Positions 30,432-41,297 are shown, counted from the stretch's first letter. The stretch: 64,000 nt of DNA from an uncultured Alphaproteobacteria bacterium (GCA_963846635.1 CAWJXM010000009.1:1889-65888), one strand, 5' to 3'. A program made the numbers and translations. The notes: generated by a model not told the origin, from the sequence alone.

Positions 30432-31385
30432 ATGCGTACGAGCTTTTCCGTCAATGATATGACGATCCACCGTGTGGTCGAGCAGGAGGCGGGGTTCACG
30501 CCGATACTGGAATTCTTGCCGAGCCTGAGCCCGGAACTGCTCGACGAAAACCGGTCGTGGCTGCAGCCCGCGGCGCTCGACCTCGCCGGCATGGCGGTTT
30601 TGTGCTTTCAGTCCTATATCGTCAAAACCCCGCATCACACCATTCTGGTCGACAGCTGCATCGGCAATGACAAGTCGTTTCCGCATCGCCCGACCTGGCA
30701 CAAAAAGACCGACAATAATTGGATGCAGGCTCTAGAGGCCGCCGGCCTCCGCGTCGACGACATCGATTTTGTCATGTGCACTCATCTGCATGGCGACCAT
30801 GTCGGCTGGAACACGCGGCTCGAAAACGGCCGCTGGGTACCCACCTTCCCGAAGGCCAAGTATCTCTTTTCCAAGAAGGAATACGAGTATTGGGAGGGCA
30901 TCAATCGCGAAACCCCGCTGGATCCGATGCGGGATAGCGTGCTGCCGATCATCGAGGCCAAACAGGCGGAATTGGTGACCAGCGACTACGCGCTCAACGA
31001 CCATATCCGCCTGACCCCGACCCCGGGTCACACGCCTGATCACTTCGCGGTCTGCGCCGGGCGCGGCGGCGATCAGGCGGTTTTTACCGGGGATCTGATC
31101 CATTCGCCGATCCAGGCGCGCTATCCCGATTTGGTGATGCGGGTCGACTACAACCCGCAACAGGCGGTCGCCACCCGCCGGGCCTTCCTCGAACGCTACT
31201 GCGACACGGCGACCTTATGCTGCACGATGCACTTTCCATCGCCATCGGTCGGGTACGTCAAACGCTGGGCTGACGGCTTCCGCCACGAAGGGCCAGGTCA
31301 AGGATTGACGCGAGCGCCAACTGCCCCTGGCAGCGGCGGGACGCGCTCTCGCCGCCAAGTTCTCGTTCGCTACCACAGCGGATAG
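30432..31385 (+). CDS. MBL-fold metallo-hydrolase
   Basis: The HLHGDHVGW (H-x-H-x-D-H) motif is present, with downstream TPGHTPDH. The C-terminal ~35 aa look atypical, so another indel is possible. Confidence 0.75.
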   Translation: MRTSFSVNDMTIHRVVEQEAGFTPILEFLPSLSPELLDENRSWLQPAALDLAGMAVLCFQSYIVKTPHHTILVDSCIGNDKSFPHRPTWHKKTDNNWMQALEAAGLRVDDIDFVMCTHLHGDHVGWNTRLENGRWVPTFPKAKYLFSKKEYEYWEGINRETPLDPMRDSVLPIIEAKQAELVTSDYALNDHIRLTPTPGHTPDHFAVCAGRGGDQAVFTGDLIHSPIQARYPDLVMRVDYNPQQAVATRRAFLERYCDTATLCCTMHFPSPSVGYVKRWADGFRHEGPGQGLTRAPTAPGSGGTRSRRQVLVRYHSG

Positions 31386-31507
31386 ATGTTTTTGGTTTCC
31401 TGCGGATTTGCGCGCCGCGGTTTGCGCAAACGCGCGATCGCAGCCACGCCCGATACGGCCAGGACGACGCCCGCCAAGATCCACCATTCCATGACCCATT
31501 CCCCCTG

Positions 31508-32699
31508 CTATTGCGTTTGCCGACGCTCAGCGATCGACGCCACCGCCGCGCCGATCGCCGGGAGCATCGCCTCGGCGACCGCGGCGTTGCCGGCTTCCGA
31601 GAGATGATAAAGATCGATGTAAACAGGGTCGCTCCAGGCGTCAAACAGCGCCGACAGATCGAACGCATCGGCCGCAGCCGCCAAATCGCGGCAAGCCTCT
31701 CCGCTCGCCGATGATTGCATTGTAGAGCCGTTTGCGCGCGGCGGGGTCACGGGTGTAGTCGCGCTCCCAGCGCTGCTCGTCCGCAGTTTTTAGTGCTTTG
31801 GTGGTGATCACCGGTTGCCAGAAAAAGATCGGATAAAACCCGTATTCGCGACCCAATATCCGAATAAGTCGCACATTTTGTTTATAAACCTCGATGACCG
31901 CGCCGGCGAGGACGGCGATGTCGATCTGTGCCAGATCCGCTGGGGGCGCCGGCATCGGCCCGTGCAGCGGCAAACCGGTCAGCTGGCGCAGTCGTCGCAA
32001 TGTGCGCGGGGTGGCGGCCATCAAAGCCGCGACGATCAGATCGCGGCGTCGCTCAGGAAGGAGCAGATTAAATTCGGCACGTCGCCTTGCCTCGTTGAAC
32101 AACGCATCGGCTCGTCCGGTCTGCTCGGCGCAGGCCATCTCGTTGATGCCGTCGTAAAACACCGCAATGTCAATGCGCGCGCCGGCTTTCAGTAGCTGTT
32201 GCAGGGTAATCGTCTCCTGCGTGCTGTTGTGCCCGAGCTGGCCGTAATTGGTCACGGACACCGGATAGCCAAGCTCGGTCAGTCGCCGTGCGAGCACCGC
32301 CGGGATCGTATGCTGGTCCCGCGCCCCCATGCCCATCATCGTCGATCCGCCAAAGCACAGAATGCGCATCGCATCCTTACCGGCGCTGTTTTCGCCCGGG
32401 GTTGGCCGCAGCCCGCGTTCGTCGATCGTCACATAAGCGCCGTGATACGGCCGCTGCCACCATTCGACATAGGGCTTCCACTCGACCCGAACGGCGCGGT
32501 GAAATTCGTCGAAATAGGCGGCAGACCAATCGGCGCCGGCATAAGCATCGGCGGCGGCGTTGCGGTCGGGACGGGTCGGGCGACGATAGCGCAGCAAACG
32601 GCTCGAACGTCGCCATCCTTCGACGCCGAATTCGACGACCAACACCGTCAGCAGCAAGATGCCGACGACGTGCCACAACGCGACGAGAAAGCGCAGCAT
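31508..32699 (-). pseudogene. SGNH-hydrolase-like membrane-anchored protein, frameshifted near the C-terminus
   Basis: ATG 32699 (MLRFLVALWHVVGILLLTVLVV) gives a TM anchor. ILCFGGSTMMGMG is a GDS-like block. The C-terminal continuation ACRDLAAAADAFDLSALFDAWSDPVYIDLYHLSEAGN lies in the 31508-31750 frame, with the junction near 31700. Confidence 0.55.
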
Positions 32700-32828
32700 C
32701 AGCGTCGCCGCGCGCGCAGCCGAATAGCAGGGCGGGCTGGCTGGGCGATCATTTGCACCTCGCCTTCGCTGGCGGAAATGCGGATGATCGAGGCATTCGG
32801 AGCTTGCGGAGAAGAGGAAGGAAGAGCG

Positions 32829-34139
32829 ATGAGTGCGATCGACGAAACCCATGACCCTCGGCGCGAAAGTTGGGTCGCCTCGGCGAATGGGCATAGCGAG
32901 TTCCCGATACAGAATTTGCCGCTCGGCGTCTTTAGCCCGCCGGGCGAGGGTCCGCGTGGTGGCATTGCGATTGGAGATATGATTTTTGATCTCAGAGGCG
33001 CACTCGAATCGGGGCTGTTTTCCGGTGAGGCCGAGAAGGCTGCCCAGGCGGCAGCGGGCACCGCTTTGAACCCGCTGATGGAACTTGGTGCCAGGCCGCG
33101 GATTGCTCTCCGCAAACAGGTTTCGGCGCTGCTTGCGGCCGATGGCGCCGACCGCGCCAAAATCGAGGGGCTCGCCCTGCGGCTACTGCACCGCGCCGAC
33201 CAATGCACGATGCATCTGCCGGCCACGATCGGTGAATTCACCGATTTCTTCGCCGGCATCCATCATGCGCGCAATGGCGGCAGGCGGCGCGACCCGAACA
33301 ATCCGCTGAACCCAAATTACAAATATGTGCCGGTTGCCTATCACAGCCGCGCCTCCTCAGTGCGGCCGTCGAATGTGCCGATCCGGCGGCCGAATGGCCA
33401 GCGCAAGGCGCCAAATGAGGCGGAACCAACCTATGGCCCGTGCCAAAAGCTCGATTACGAGCTCGAACTCGCGGTCTGGATCGGACCGGGGAACACCCAG
33501 GGCGAGCCGATCCCGATCAGCCGCGCGGCGGAGCACATTGTCGGGCTTGGCCTCGTCAATGACTGGTCGGCGCGCGATGTTCAGGGATGGGAATCGCAAC
33601 CGCTTGGACCGTTTCTCGGGAAAAATTTCGGCTCGACGGTGTCGCCGTGGATTGTCACGGTCGAAGCCTTGGCGCCGTTTCGTGTGGCGCAGCCGGCACG
33701 GCCCGAGGGCGATCCGCGGCCCTTACAATACCTCTGGGATGATGCCGATCAGCGCGAGGGTGCCTTCGACATCGCCCTCGAAGCCTTTATCTTGACCGAA
33801 GGGTTGCGCGCCAAGGATTTGCCGCAGCACCGAATGTCGGCCAGCAATACGACCGACCTCTATTGGACCCTGGCGCAATTGGTGGCGCATCATACGAGCG
33901 GCGGGTGCAATCTCCGCGCCGGCGATCTCTTTGGCACCGGCACAATTTCGGGCCCGACCCGCGACGGCTATGGCAGCCTGATGGAGCTGAGCGAGGACGG
34001 GCAACGGGCTACAACCCTCGAATTGGGCGAGACCCGGACATTTCTCGAAAACGGCGACGAGGCGGTCTTTCGCGCGCATTGTCACAAGCCAGGGTTTGTC
34101 TCGATCGGCTTTGGCGAGTGCCGCGGCCGGATCGTCTAA
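32829..34139 (+). CDS. fahA: fumarylacetoacetase
   Basis: N-terminus ...SWVASANGHSEFPIQNLPLGVF followed by a FAH-fold C-terminal half. ATG 32829 is preceded by a purine-rich ggaagaggaaggaag. The listed start at 32199 overlaps the divergent gene. Confidence 0.85.
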   Translation: MSAIDETHDPRRESWVASANGHSEFPIQNLPLGVFSPPGEGPRGGIAIGDMIFDLRGALESGLFSGEAEKAAQAAAGTALNPLMELGARPRIALRKQVSALLAADGADRAKIEGLALRLLHRADQCTMHLPATIGEFTDFFAGIHHARNGGRRRDPNNPLNPNYKYVPVAYHSRASSVRPSNVPIRRPNGQRKAPNEAEPTYGPCQKLDYELELAVWIGPGNTQGEPIPISRAAEHIVGLGLVNDWSARDVQGWESQPLGPFLGKNFGSTVSPWIVTVEALAPFRVAQPARPEGDPRPLQYLWDDADQREGAFDIALEAFILTEGLRAKDLPQHRMSASNTTDLYWTLAQLVAHHTSGGCNLRAGDLFGTGTISGPTRDGYGSLMELSEDGQRATTLELGETRTFLENGDEAVFRAHCHKPGFVSIGFGECRGRIV

Positions 34140-34169
34140 TCGCACAGAGTCTGAGGGAGGAAGGGCGGG

Positions 34170-34916
34170 ATGACGGACGCGCTGGGCTGGCGGATGAAAT
34201 TCGGCGTCATCGCGCCGAGCACGAATACGGTGGTTCAGCCGGAATACGACATGATGCGGCCGCGCGGTGTCACCAATCATTTCGCCCGCATCCATATCCC
34301 CAATGATCCGCTGCGCGGTGACGCCGATTTCGAGACCCTGATCGACCGTGTGCGCGGCGAGCTGCTGGCCGCAGTTGATCGGGTCATGACTTGCGAGCCC
34401 AATCATCTGATCATGGGGATGTCGTCAGAGACCTTCTGGGACGGGATCGAGGGCAGCGAAAGGCTGCGCGAGCGCATCGAAGCGCATGCCGGAATTGCAG
34501 TCACAATGGGCTCGGAGGCGTCGCGCCGGGCATTAGAGCGCTATGGCGACATTAAACGAATTGGGGTCGTTACCCCCTATATGCCGGTCGCGGATCAACA
34601 AGTTCGGCGCTTCTTTACCGATTGCGGCTTTGAAGTGGTACGGCTCGTCGGGCTCAAATGCGCGAGCCCGGTGCTGATCGCGCATGTCGGGGAGCGGGAA
34701 TTGCGCGACGCGGTGCTCGCAGTCAACGGACCGGAAGTCGAAGCGATCGTCCAGGTCGGCACCAACCTGGCAATGGCGCAGCTCGCTGCCGCGGCCGAGC
34801 TATGGCTCGACAAACCGGTACTGGCGATCAACACCGCGACGTATTGGTGGGCGTTGCGCCGCAACGGCATCACCGACCCGATCGACGGCTTCGGGCCGCT
34901 GCTGCGCAATCACTAG
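34170..34916 (+). CDS. maleate isomerase / arylmalonate decarboxylase (Asp-Glu racemase superfamily) family protein
   Basis: KFGVIAPSTNTVVQPEYDMM and the overall ~250-aa layout fit the family. gagggagga lies upstream of the ATG. The exact activity cannot be determined. Confidence 0.6.
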   Translation: MTDALGWRMKFGVIAPSTNTVVQPEYDMMRPRGVTNHFARIHIPNDPLRGDADFETLIDRVRGELLAAVDRVMTCEPNHLIMGMSSETFWDGIEGSERLRERIEAHAGIAVTMGSEASRRALERYGDIKRIGVVTPYMPVADQQVRRFFTDCGFEVVRLVGLKCASPVLIAHVGERELRDAVLAVNGPEVEAIVQVGTNLAMAQLAAAAELWLDKPVLAINTATYWWALRRNGITDPIDGFGPLLRNH

Positions 34917-35025
34917 CGCGGGCGGCGCGGCGGGGCAGGGGGCGCCACGCTCCAAATGCCGGGCGGTGATCAGACAACCCGTTTCGTTACCTGCTGATGA
35001 ATCGGCATTCAACCCACCGGCGCGC

Positions 35026-35928
35026 TCAGCCTGCCGACATAAACGACCAGTACCAGCTAAAAAAGTCGCGATCGAGCGGGGCGCCTTCGGCTACGGTTTC
35101 CGCATCGCCGGCTTGGCGCAAGGCCTCGGCGAGACGATCGGGCCCGTTCTCTAGAGGCGTGGCCGGCGGTGCCATCCGGATTATCTGGATATCGGTGTGA
35201 GCGGCCGATCTTGGGATCACGCGCACTAACGTCGCGCGGTTCGGCCGCGCGGACATCAGGCTCAGCGGTCCAAACACAACAAAGTCGTCGGAATCGGGAT
35301 CGCGCGAAAACAGATGCGGCGACGACCGCACGAATTGCAGCGCCAACTTCCAATTCCAATTGGTCGCGTAGCGCAATCGGGCGGTGACATTGGCTTCGGG
35401 AAGCCAGTCGGGAACGATGTCGGGTGTGATCGAAATGTCCTCGACCTCGTCAGTCATAGCGGCCGGTTTCGATAGATCGACGAAGATAAGCCCGTCGCGA
35501 ACATAGACCGGATGGCTCGCGAGCCGCAGCCGCGCGGGGTCGATGCGAGCCGACAGATCCGGTTCGACGAGCCGGCCGTCAGCGGCAAATTCCCAGCCGT
35601 GATAAGGACAGATCAGTCGATCGGCGGGACCCTCTTCGGCCTCGCAAACCGGGTAACCGGCATGGATGCAAACGTTGCGCAGAGCGCGCAACTCTCCCTC
35701 GGCATCACGGACGAGTAAAATGGATCGGGTGGCGGCCTCGAACCTGACGTAGCGGCCGGGCTCCTCAATGCGAGATTGATGATCGACGGCCACCCAAGGC
35801 CGCAGAAACAGCCGTTGGCGCTCGGCGGCAAACACGTCGGCGCTGTTCAGCAATCGGGGATCGGCGACAATCTCTCGATCTGCCCCAAGTTGCTCTCCAA
35901 TCGCGGCGATGCTGTCAGGAAGGTCCAT
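35026..35928 (-). CDS. Rieske [2Fe-2S] domain oxygenase-like protein
   Basis: The Rieske motif CIHAGYPV...CPYHGWEF (C-x-H ... C-x-x-H) is present. 300 aa. Confidence 0.75.
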   Translation of the reverse strand: MDLPDSIAAIGEQLGADREIVADPRLLNSADVFAAERQRLFLRPWVAVDHQSRIEEPGRYVRFEAATRSILLVRDAEGELRALRNVCIHAGYPVCEAEEGPADRLICPYHGWEFAADGRLVEPDLSARIDPARLRLASHPVYVRDGLIFVDLSKPAAMTDEVEDISITPDIVPDWLPEANVTARLRYATNWNWKLALQFVRSSPHLFSRDPDSDDFVVFGPLSLMSARPNRATLVRVIPRSAAHTDIQIIRMAPPATPLENGPDRLAEALRQAGDAETVAEGAPLDRDFFSWYWSFMSAG

Positions 35929-36020
35929 TGTGCTATTCGCTGGTTATCAGATTCGCTGTTTCGCGAGACTGGACCGGACGCGGCACCGAGGTCAAAACCT
36001 TTGTGCTTTCCGCACTTGAT

Positions 36021-36356
36021 TCATCGGCCTAATTGCACCGAGTCCTGGGACCTGGGTGCTTCGTGCGCTAGCTGCGACTGGGTCGCAGCAAGTTCTCTCG
36101 ATAGCGCTGCGTTTTGCCGCCGGCATTCGCGCAATTCGCGGCGCCGATGACGACCTCTAATCCATACCGCGAGCGCCCCGATTAAAACGCCAAACAGCAG
36201 AGATACCACAACAATCAGGTAGAGGGGTGCATCGGCGACGAACTGAACCGGCCAGAACCCGAGCGACACCGTTTGGCGGTTCGAGGCGGCAAAAAGGCTC
36301 ACGACTGCCGCAATGACAATGACGCCTGCCCAATAGACTGCGCGCATCGCACCCAT
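36021..36356 (-). CDS. LapA/DUF1049-family inner-membrane protein
   Basis: Two TM segments and then a basic coiled tail (RGRHRRRELRECRRQNAALSRELA). It sits immediately downstream of ihfB, as is common in alphaproteobacteria. Confidence 0.6.
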   Translation of the reverse strand: MGAMRAVYWAGVIVIAAVVSLFAASNRQTVSLGFWPVQFVADAPLYLIVVVSLLFGVLIGALAVWIRGRHRRRELRECRRQNAALSRELAATQSQLAHEAPRSQDSVQLGR

Positions 36357-36374
36357 GGGATGTTGCCGTTTGCG

Positions 36375-36662
36375 TCAGGGCGCGCTCTGGTTCAAGCGGT
36401 CACGCAATTGCTTTCCCGTCTTAAAGAACGGGATGTGTTTCTCGGCCACGCGCACACTGTCTCCAGTCCTTGGATTGCGACCGACCCGGGCGTCACGGCG
36501 CTTGACCGAAAACGCCCCGAAGCCCCGCAACTCGACCCGATCGCCTCGCGCCAAGGCCGCGGTGATCTCATCGAAAATGGCGGTCACGATGACTTCCACA
36601 TCACGCTGGAACAAATGCGGATTCGCCTCGGACAGTTTTATCACGAGCTCCGATTTCGTCAT
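36375..36662 (-). CDS. ihfB: integration host factor subunit beta
   Basis: MTKSELV...[50 protein letters not shown] is a canonical HU/IHF-beta sequence. Confidence 0.9.
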   Translation of the reverse strand: MTKSELVIKLSEANPHLFQRDVEVIVTAIFDEITAALARGDRVELRGFGAFSVKRRDARVGRNPRTGDSVRVAEKHIPFFKTGKQLRDRLNQSAP

Positions 36663-36820
36663 TCAAACATCTCGCTCTGATGCTTCAGGAATGACAAGAC
36701 GGTGCCAAAGCGCAGCGGTACGGTCAAGGCAAAGCCAAATGCGCCCGGCTGCTCGGGTTGACGTCCCCCCACTCCATCTGCCCGGTCCTCTTCTGTTTGG
36801 AAGAGGCCGTGACTTCGCGA

Positions 36821-38563
36821 TCAGGTCTTGTCTTCGGTCTCGGCCTGCCGCTCGGCATCTTGCCGGCGCGCGCGATTGATCGCCGCGCCGAGGATTTCGC
36901 CGAGGCTCGCACCCGAATCCGATGAACCGAACTCGGCCATTGCCCGTTTCTCCTCGTCGACCTCCTTGGCTTTGATCGACAATGTGACCTTGCGGGTGGC
37001 GCGATCGATTGTCGTGATCTTGGCATCGACCTTTTCGCCGACGGCAAACCGATCCGGCCGCTGTTCGCTGCGGTCACGCGACAGTTCGGATTTGCGGATA
37101 AAGCCGAGGAGCCCATCGCCGACAGTTACTTCGATACCGCCCTCGGTAATCCCGGCCACCGTCCCCGTGACGACCTCGCCCTTGCGCAGCTTGGCCATCC
37201 CGGACTCAAACGGATCGGCTTCCAATTGCTTTATGCCGAGGCTGATGCGTTCCTTTTCGACGTCGACATCGAGCACCTTGGCGCGCACGACCTCGCCCTT
37301 GTGATAGAGGTCGAGGGCATCCTCGCCAGAGCGGTTCCAATCGACATCGGATAGATGAACCATGCCGTCGATATCACCGGGCAGGCCGATAAATAGCCCG
37401 AACTCGGTAATATTGCGGATCTCGCCTTCAACCTCACTGCCGATCGGGTGTTCGTCGGCAAAGGTCTCCCACGGATTGGCCAAGGTCTGCTTGAGGCCAA
37501 GGCTAATGCGCCGCTTCTGCGGGTCGACATCCAGCACCATGACCTCGACCTCCTGGCTGGTCGAGACAATCTTGCCGGGATGCACGTTCTTTTTGGTCCA
37601 GCTCATTTCTGAAACATGGACCAACCCTTCGACACCCGGCTCCAATTCGACAAAGGCGCCGTAATCGGTGATGTTGGTGACACGGCCGCGGAATTTGGCG
37701 CCAGCTGGGTATTTGAGCTCGACCCCTTCCCACGGATCGGCTTCGAGCTGCTTCATGCCGAGCGAGATGCGTTGCGTCTCGGGGTTGAAGCGGATGACCT
37801 GAACCTTGACGTTCTGCCCGATATTGAGCGCCTCGGACGGATGATTGATGCGCCGCCACGCAATATCGGTGACATGCAACAGCCCGTCCACGCCGCCGAG
37901 ATCGACAAAGGCGCCGTAATCGGTGATGTTCTTGACCACACCGTTGAGGATTTGCCCTTCTTTGAGGCTGGCGACCAGTTCGGAGCGCTGTTCGGCGCGG
38001 CTCTCTTCGAGCACGGCACGGCGCGACACGACGATGTTACCGCGCGAGCGGTCCATTTTCAGAATCTGAAACGGCTGCGGCGAGCCCAACAGCGGGGCGA
38101 TGTCGCGTACGGGGCGAATGTCGACCTGACTGCCGGGGAGAAAAGCGACCGCGCCGTTGAGGTCGACCGTAAATCCGCCCTTGACCCGACCAAATATCAC
38201 ACCCGTTACGCGCTCATTCGCCTGAAAGCTTTTTTCGAGCTGCGTCCAGGCTTCTTCACGGCGAGCCTTTTCACGCGAGAGCTGAGCCTCGCCGTTTTTG
38301 TCTTCCATGCGCTCGAGGAAAACCTCGACCGTATCACCGATATGGAGCTCAGGTTCGGTCCCCCCGGCAGCGAATTCCTTCAGCGGTACACGGCCCTCGG
38401 ATTTGAGGCCGACATCGATGAGCACGATGTCATTTTCGAGGGCGATGACGCGCCCTTTGACAACGGTGCCCTCGAGACCATTGGCCATCCCCATAGATTG
38501 ATCGAGAAGCGCCGCGAAACTTTCTTTCGCCGGCGCCTCCGCGGTTTGTGTTGCTAAAGCCAT
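36821..38563 (-). CDS. rpsA: 30S ribosomal protein S1
   Basis: Six S1-motif repeats of the pattern G..V.G.V..I...G.FV.L. ATG 38563 is preceded by gaggagaagga. The listed start at 38683 is an upstream extension. Confidence 0.95.
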   Translation of the reverse strand: MALATQTAEAPAKESFAALLDQSMGMANGLEGTVVKGRVIALENDIVLIDVGLKSEGRVPLKEFAAGGTEPELHIGDTVEVFLERMEDKNGEAQLSREKARREEAWTQLEKSFQANERVTGVIFGRVKGGFTVDLNGAVAFLPGSQVDIRPVRDIAPLLGSPQPFQILKMDRSRGNIVVSRRAVLEESRAEQRSELVASLKEGQILNGVVKNITDYGAFVDLGGVDGLLHVTDIAWRRINHPSEALNIGQNVKVQVIRFNPETQRISLGMKQLEADPWEGVELKYPAGAKFRGRVTNITDYGAFVELEPGVEGLVHVSEMSWTKKNVHPGKIVSTSQEVEVMVLDVDPQKRRISLGLKQTLANPWETFADEHPIGSEVEGEIRNITEFGLFIGLPGDIDGMVHLSDVDWNRSGEDALDLYHKGEVVRAKVLDVDVEKERISLGIKQLEADPFESGMAKLRKGEVVTGTVAGITEGGIEVTVGDGLLGFIRKSELSRDRSEQRPDRFAVGEKVDAKITTIDRATRKVTLSIKAKEVDEEKRAMAEFGSSDSGASLGEILGAAINRARRQDAERQAETEDKT

Positions 38564-38726
38564 TCCTTCTCCTCGATACCCTGAAAACGAAGAAAGCCGG
38601 CTCCGCTGGTATCGGCGTGGAGCACGGCATCCGCCGGCAGCGTCGCGCGCGGCGGGAAAAGACCTGTCCTGCAGCGGCTGCACCGCTGGAGGACGACAGC
38701 AACTCTATACGGCAATCAATGCTCCG

Positions 38727-39383
38727 TCAGCGCCCCCCAGCGAGCGCCCGCGACACAACCTGCGACGCGCGTTCGACCGCCGCATCGATATCGAGCGCGG
38801 TCGTATCGATGATAGTGGCGTCGATTGGCACCGCCATAGGGGCGGCGTCGCGCCCGGCGTCGCGCCTGTCGCGATCTTTCAACTCCTGCAAGACATCCTG
38901 ATATATAGCGCTCGACCCGCAGGCTCGCAACTCGTCAAGGCGGCGACGGGCGCGCACTTCTGCGTCGGCCGTGACAAAAAGCTTGACATTCGCGGCCGGG
39001 CAGACCACCGAACCGATGTCTCTGCCGTCGAGGATCGCACCGCGAGCCGGCGGCGGCGGATGTGCTGCAAAATCCCGCTGGAAGTCGAGCAATGACCGGC
39101 GAACCTCGGGGTCGGCTGCAATAATCGAAGCAGCACGGGCTACATCCTCGCCGCGCAGCCGCGGATCCGACGACAGATGCGGACTTACCCGGCGAGCGGC
39201 GGCCACAGCGGTAGGGGTATCGGCGGGATCGCCACCCTCATCGAGGATCAGGAGTGCGCTCGCCCGGTACAACGCGCCGGTCTCGAGGTGAGCGAAACCG
39301 AAACGCTCAGCGAGACGACGCGCCAGGGTGCCCTTGCCGGAAGCAGCCGGCCCGTCGATCGCGACAACAAAGGTTCCCGGCAA
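38727..39383 (-). CDS. cmk: (d)CMP kinase
   Basis: VAIDGPAASGKGTLARRLAE is the P-loop. Its position between aroA and rpsA is the conserved order. Confidence 0.9.
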   Translation of the reverse strand: MPGTFVVAIDGPAASGKGTLARRLAERFGFAHLETGALYRASALLILDEGGDPADTPTAVAAARRVSPHLSSDPRLRGEDVARAASIIAADPEVRRSLLDFQRDFAAHPPPPARGAILDGRDIGSVVCPAANVKLFVTADAEVRARRRLDELRACGSSAIYQDVLQELKDRDRRDAGRDAAPMAVPIDATIIDTTALDIDAAVERASQVVSRALAGGR

Positions 39384-39412
39384 CTATCGACTTGCATTTG
39401 CCATTGCAGGGA

Positions 39413-40768
39413 TCAGCCCGGGTTGCGGAAAACGGCGCCGAGACTGGTCATCAGCGGCACGAAGTCGGGAAAGCTGGTTGCGATCGGTGCGCCGTCGTCG
39501 ACCCGCACCGGCTCGTTCGCGGCAAGCCCTAGCACCAGGAAAGCCATCGCGATCCGGTGATCGAGCTGGGTCGTGATCAAGGCGCCGCCAGCCGGGAAAT
39601 TGTCGGCCCCTTCGACGATCAAGTCGTCGCCTTCAACCGCGACGCGGACGCCGCAGCCGGAGAGCCCTGCGGCGATCGCCGACAGCCGGTCGCTTTCCTT
39701 GACCCTGAGTTCGGCGAGCCCGCGCATGATTGTGCGGCCGCGCGCGCACGCCGCGGCGACCGCCAGGATCGGATATTCGTCGATCATCCGCGGCGCGCGC
39801 TCGGCCGGGATATCGGCACCGGTGAGAGTGCCGGCGCGCGCGACGAGATCGGCGACCGGCTCGCCGCCCTCCTCGCGCTCATTGACCAGCGCCAAATCGG
39901 CGCGCATTTCGCGCAGGCATTCGACGAGCCCGGCGCGCAGCGGGTTGAGCCCGACACCCTCGATCGTGACCTCCGACCCCGGCACGATCAAGGCGGCGAT
40001 CAGTGGAAAGGCGGCCGAGGATATGTCTCCCGGCACGATGATTGGCGCGGCTGTCAGTTCGGGACAGCCCTCGACAGTGATCCGCTTGCCGCCGCCCGCG
40101 GCCGGCTCGACCGTCACCTTGGCGCCGAAATGGCGCAGCATGCGCTCGGTGTGGTCGCGCGTTCCCAGCGGCTCGACGACCGTCGTTTCGCCGGGCGTAT
40201 TGAGGCCAGCGAGCAGTACCGACGACTTGACCTGAGCCGAGGGGACGGGCAGGCGGTATTCGATCGGGATCGGGCTTTTCGCTCCGGTCACCGCGAGCGG
40301 CAGGCGCCCTCCTTCACGGGTCAGAAAATGCGCGCCGAAGCGGCTCAGCGGCTCGGTGACGCGGCTCATCGGCCGGCGCCGCAGCGACGCATCGCCGGTG
40401 ACAAAGGCGGTCAGCGAGTGCGTTGCCAAAATGCCGAGCAGCAATCGTGCGGAGGTCCCGGAATTGCCGAGGTCAAGCAAATTGTCCGGCTCGGCGAGAC
40501 CGCCGATGCCAACCCCGTCAACGGTCCAGTGCCCGTTCGCGCGCGCGGCATGGGCACCGAGTGCGTTCAACGCCGCCGCGGTGGCAAGCACGTCCTCGCC
40601 TTCGAGGAGACCGGTAATTTCGGTTCGGCCGACCGCGAGCGCCCCCAGCATCAGCGCGCGATGCGAAATCGATTTATCTCCCGGGACCCGAATCGTCCCA
40701 AAAAGCGGTGCGGCGGCGCGCGACGATTCGAGCGGCTTGGGAGCGGCGAGCGATGAAGAATGGGCCAT
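39413..40768 (-). CDS. aroA: 3-phosphoshikimate 1-carboxyvinyltransferase (EPSP synthase)
   Basis: [31 protein letters not shown] and LRVKESDRL are present. The start is taken at ATG 40768. Confidence 0.9.
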   Translation of the reverse strand: MAHSSSLAAPKPLESSRAAAPLFGTIRVPGDKSISHRALMLGALAVGRTEITGLLEGEDVLATAAALNALGAHAARANGHWTVDGVGIGGLAEPDNLLDLGNSGTSARLLLGILATHSLTAFVTGDASLRRRPMSRVTEPLSRFGAHFLTREGGRLPLAVTGAKSPIPIEYRLPVPSAQVKSSVLLAGLNTPGETTVVEPLGTRDHTERMLRHFGAKVTVEPAAGGGKRITVEGCPELTAAPIIVPGDISSAAFPLIAALIVPGSEVTIEGVGLNPLRAGLVECLREMRADLALVNEREEGGEPVADLVARAGTLTGADIPAERAPRMIDEYPILAVAAACARGRTIMRGLAELRVKESDRLSAIAAGLSGCGVRVAVEGDDLIVEGADNFPAGGALITTQLDHRIAMAFLVLGLAANEPVRVDDGAPIATSFPDFVPLMTSLGAVFRNPG

Positions 40769-40925
40769 TACGACAGCTGTTCGAAATGAAATGGCGGTTG
40801 TAGCCACGGCGCCCCAGCCTATATCGGATAGCCGGTTTCGCGCCACTCAGCGAATTTGCTTTTGACAGGGTGACGCCCTCATGGCAATGGCGCGCCAATC
40901 GATATGATCAATATGGAGCTTTAAT

Positions 40926-41297
40926 GTGGCCAAGCCCGAATGGGGCACCAAGCGAATCTGTCCGAGCTGCGGCACCCGCTACTACGATTTGATGCGCCGG
41001 CCAGTCATCTGCCCGAAATGCGCGACGCCGTTTGATCCGGAAGCATTTTTGAAATCGCGCCGGGCGCGCCCCGCCGCACCCGTTGAAAAGGAACTCGAAC
41101 CGGTCGGCGCCGAGGAACTCGACACCGATGTCGAGACCGAGGAGGAGGAGGGCGACGTCGCTGTCGAAGAAGAGGCGCTGCCGCTCGAGGAAGCCGAGGA
41201 GGAGGATGAGGAGCTGCTCGAGGACGCCTCCGAACTGGGCGAAGACGAGGACGATATGGCCGAGGTCATCGAAAACGTCGAAGAAGACGAGCACTGA
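40926..41297 (+). CDS. TIGR02300-family (FYDLN_acid) zinc-ribbon protein with acidic tail
   Basis: VAKPEWGTKRICPSCGTRYYDLMRRPVICPKCATPFDPE is followed by an E/D-rich C-terminus. It has a GTG start. Confidence 0.7.
   Translation: MAKPEWGTKRICPSCGTRYYDLMRRPVICPKCATPFDPEAFLKSRRARPAAPVEKELEPVGAEELDTDVETEEEEGDVAVEEEALPLEEAEEEDEELLEDASELGEDEDDMAEVIENVEEDEH

Noticed and set aside
32199-32828. A 210-codon N-terminal extension of the fumarylacetoacetase ORF
   Set aside because: The extension is Arg-rich junk that overlaps the divergent SGNH-like gene. The conserved FAH N-terminus begins at ATG 32829, which has a purine-rich RBS.
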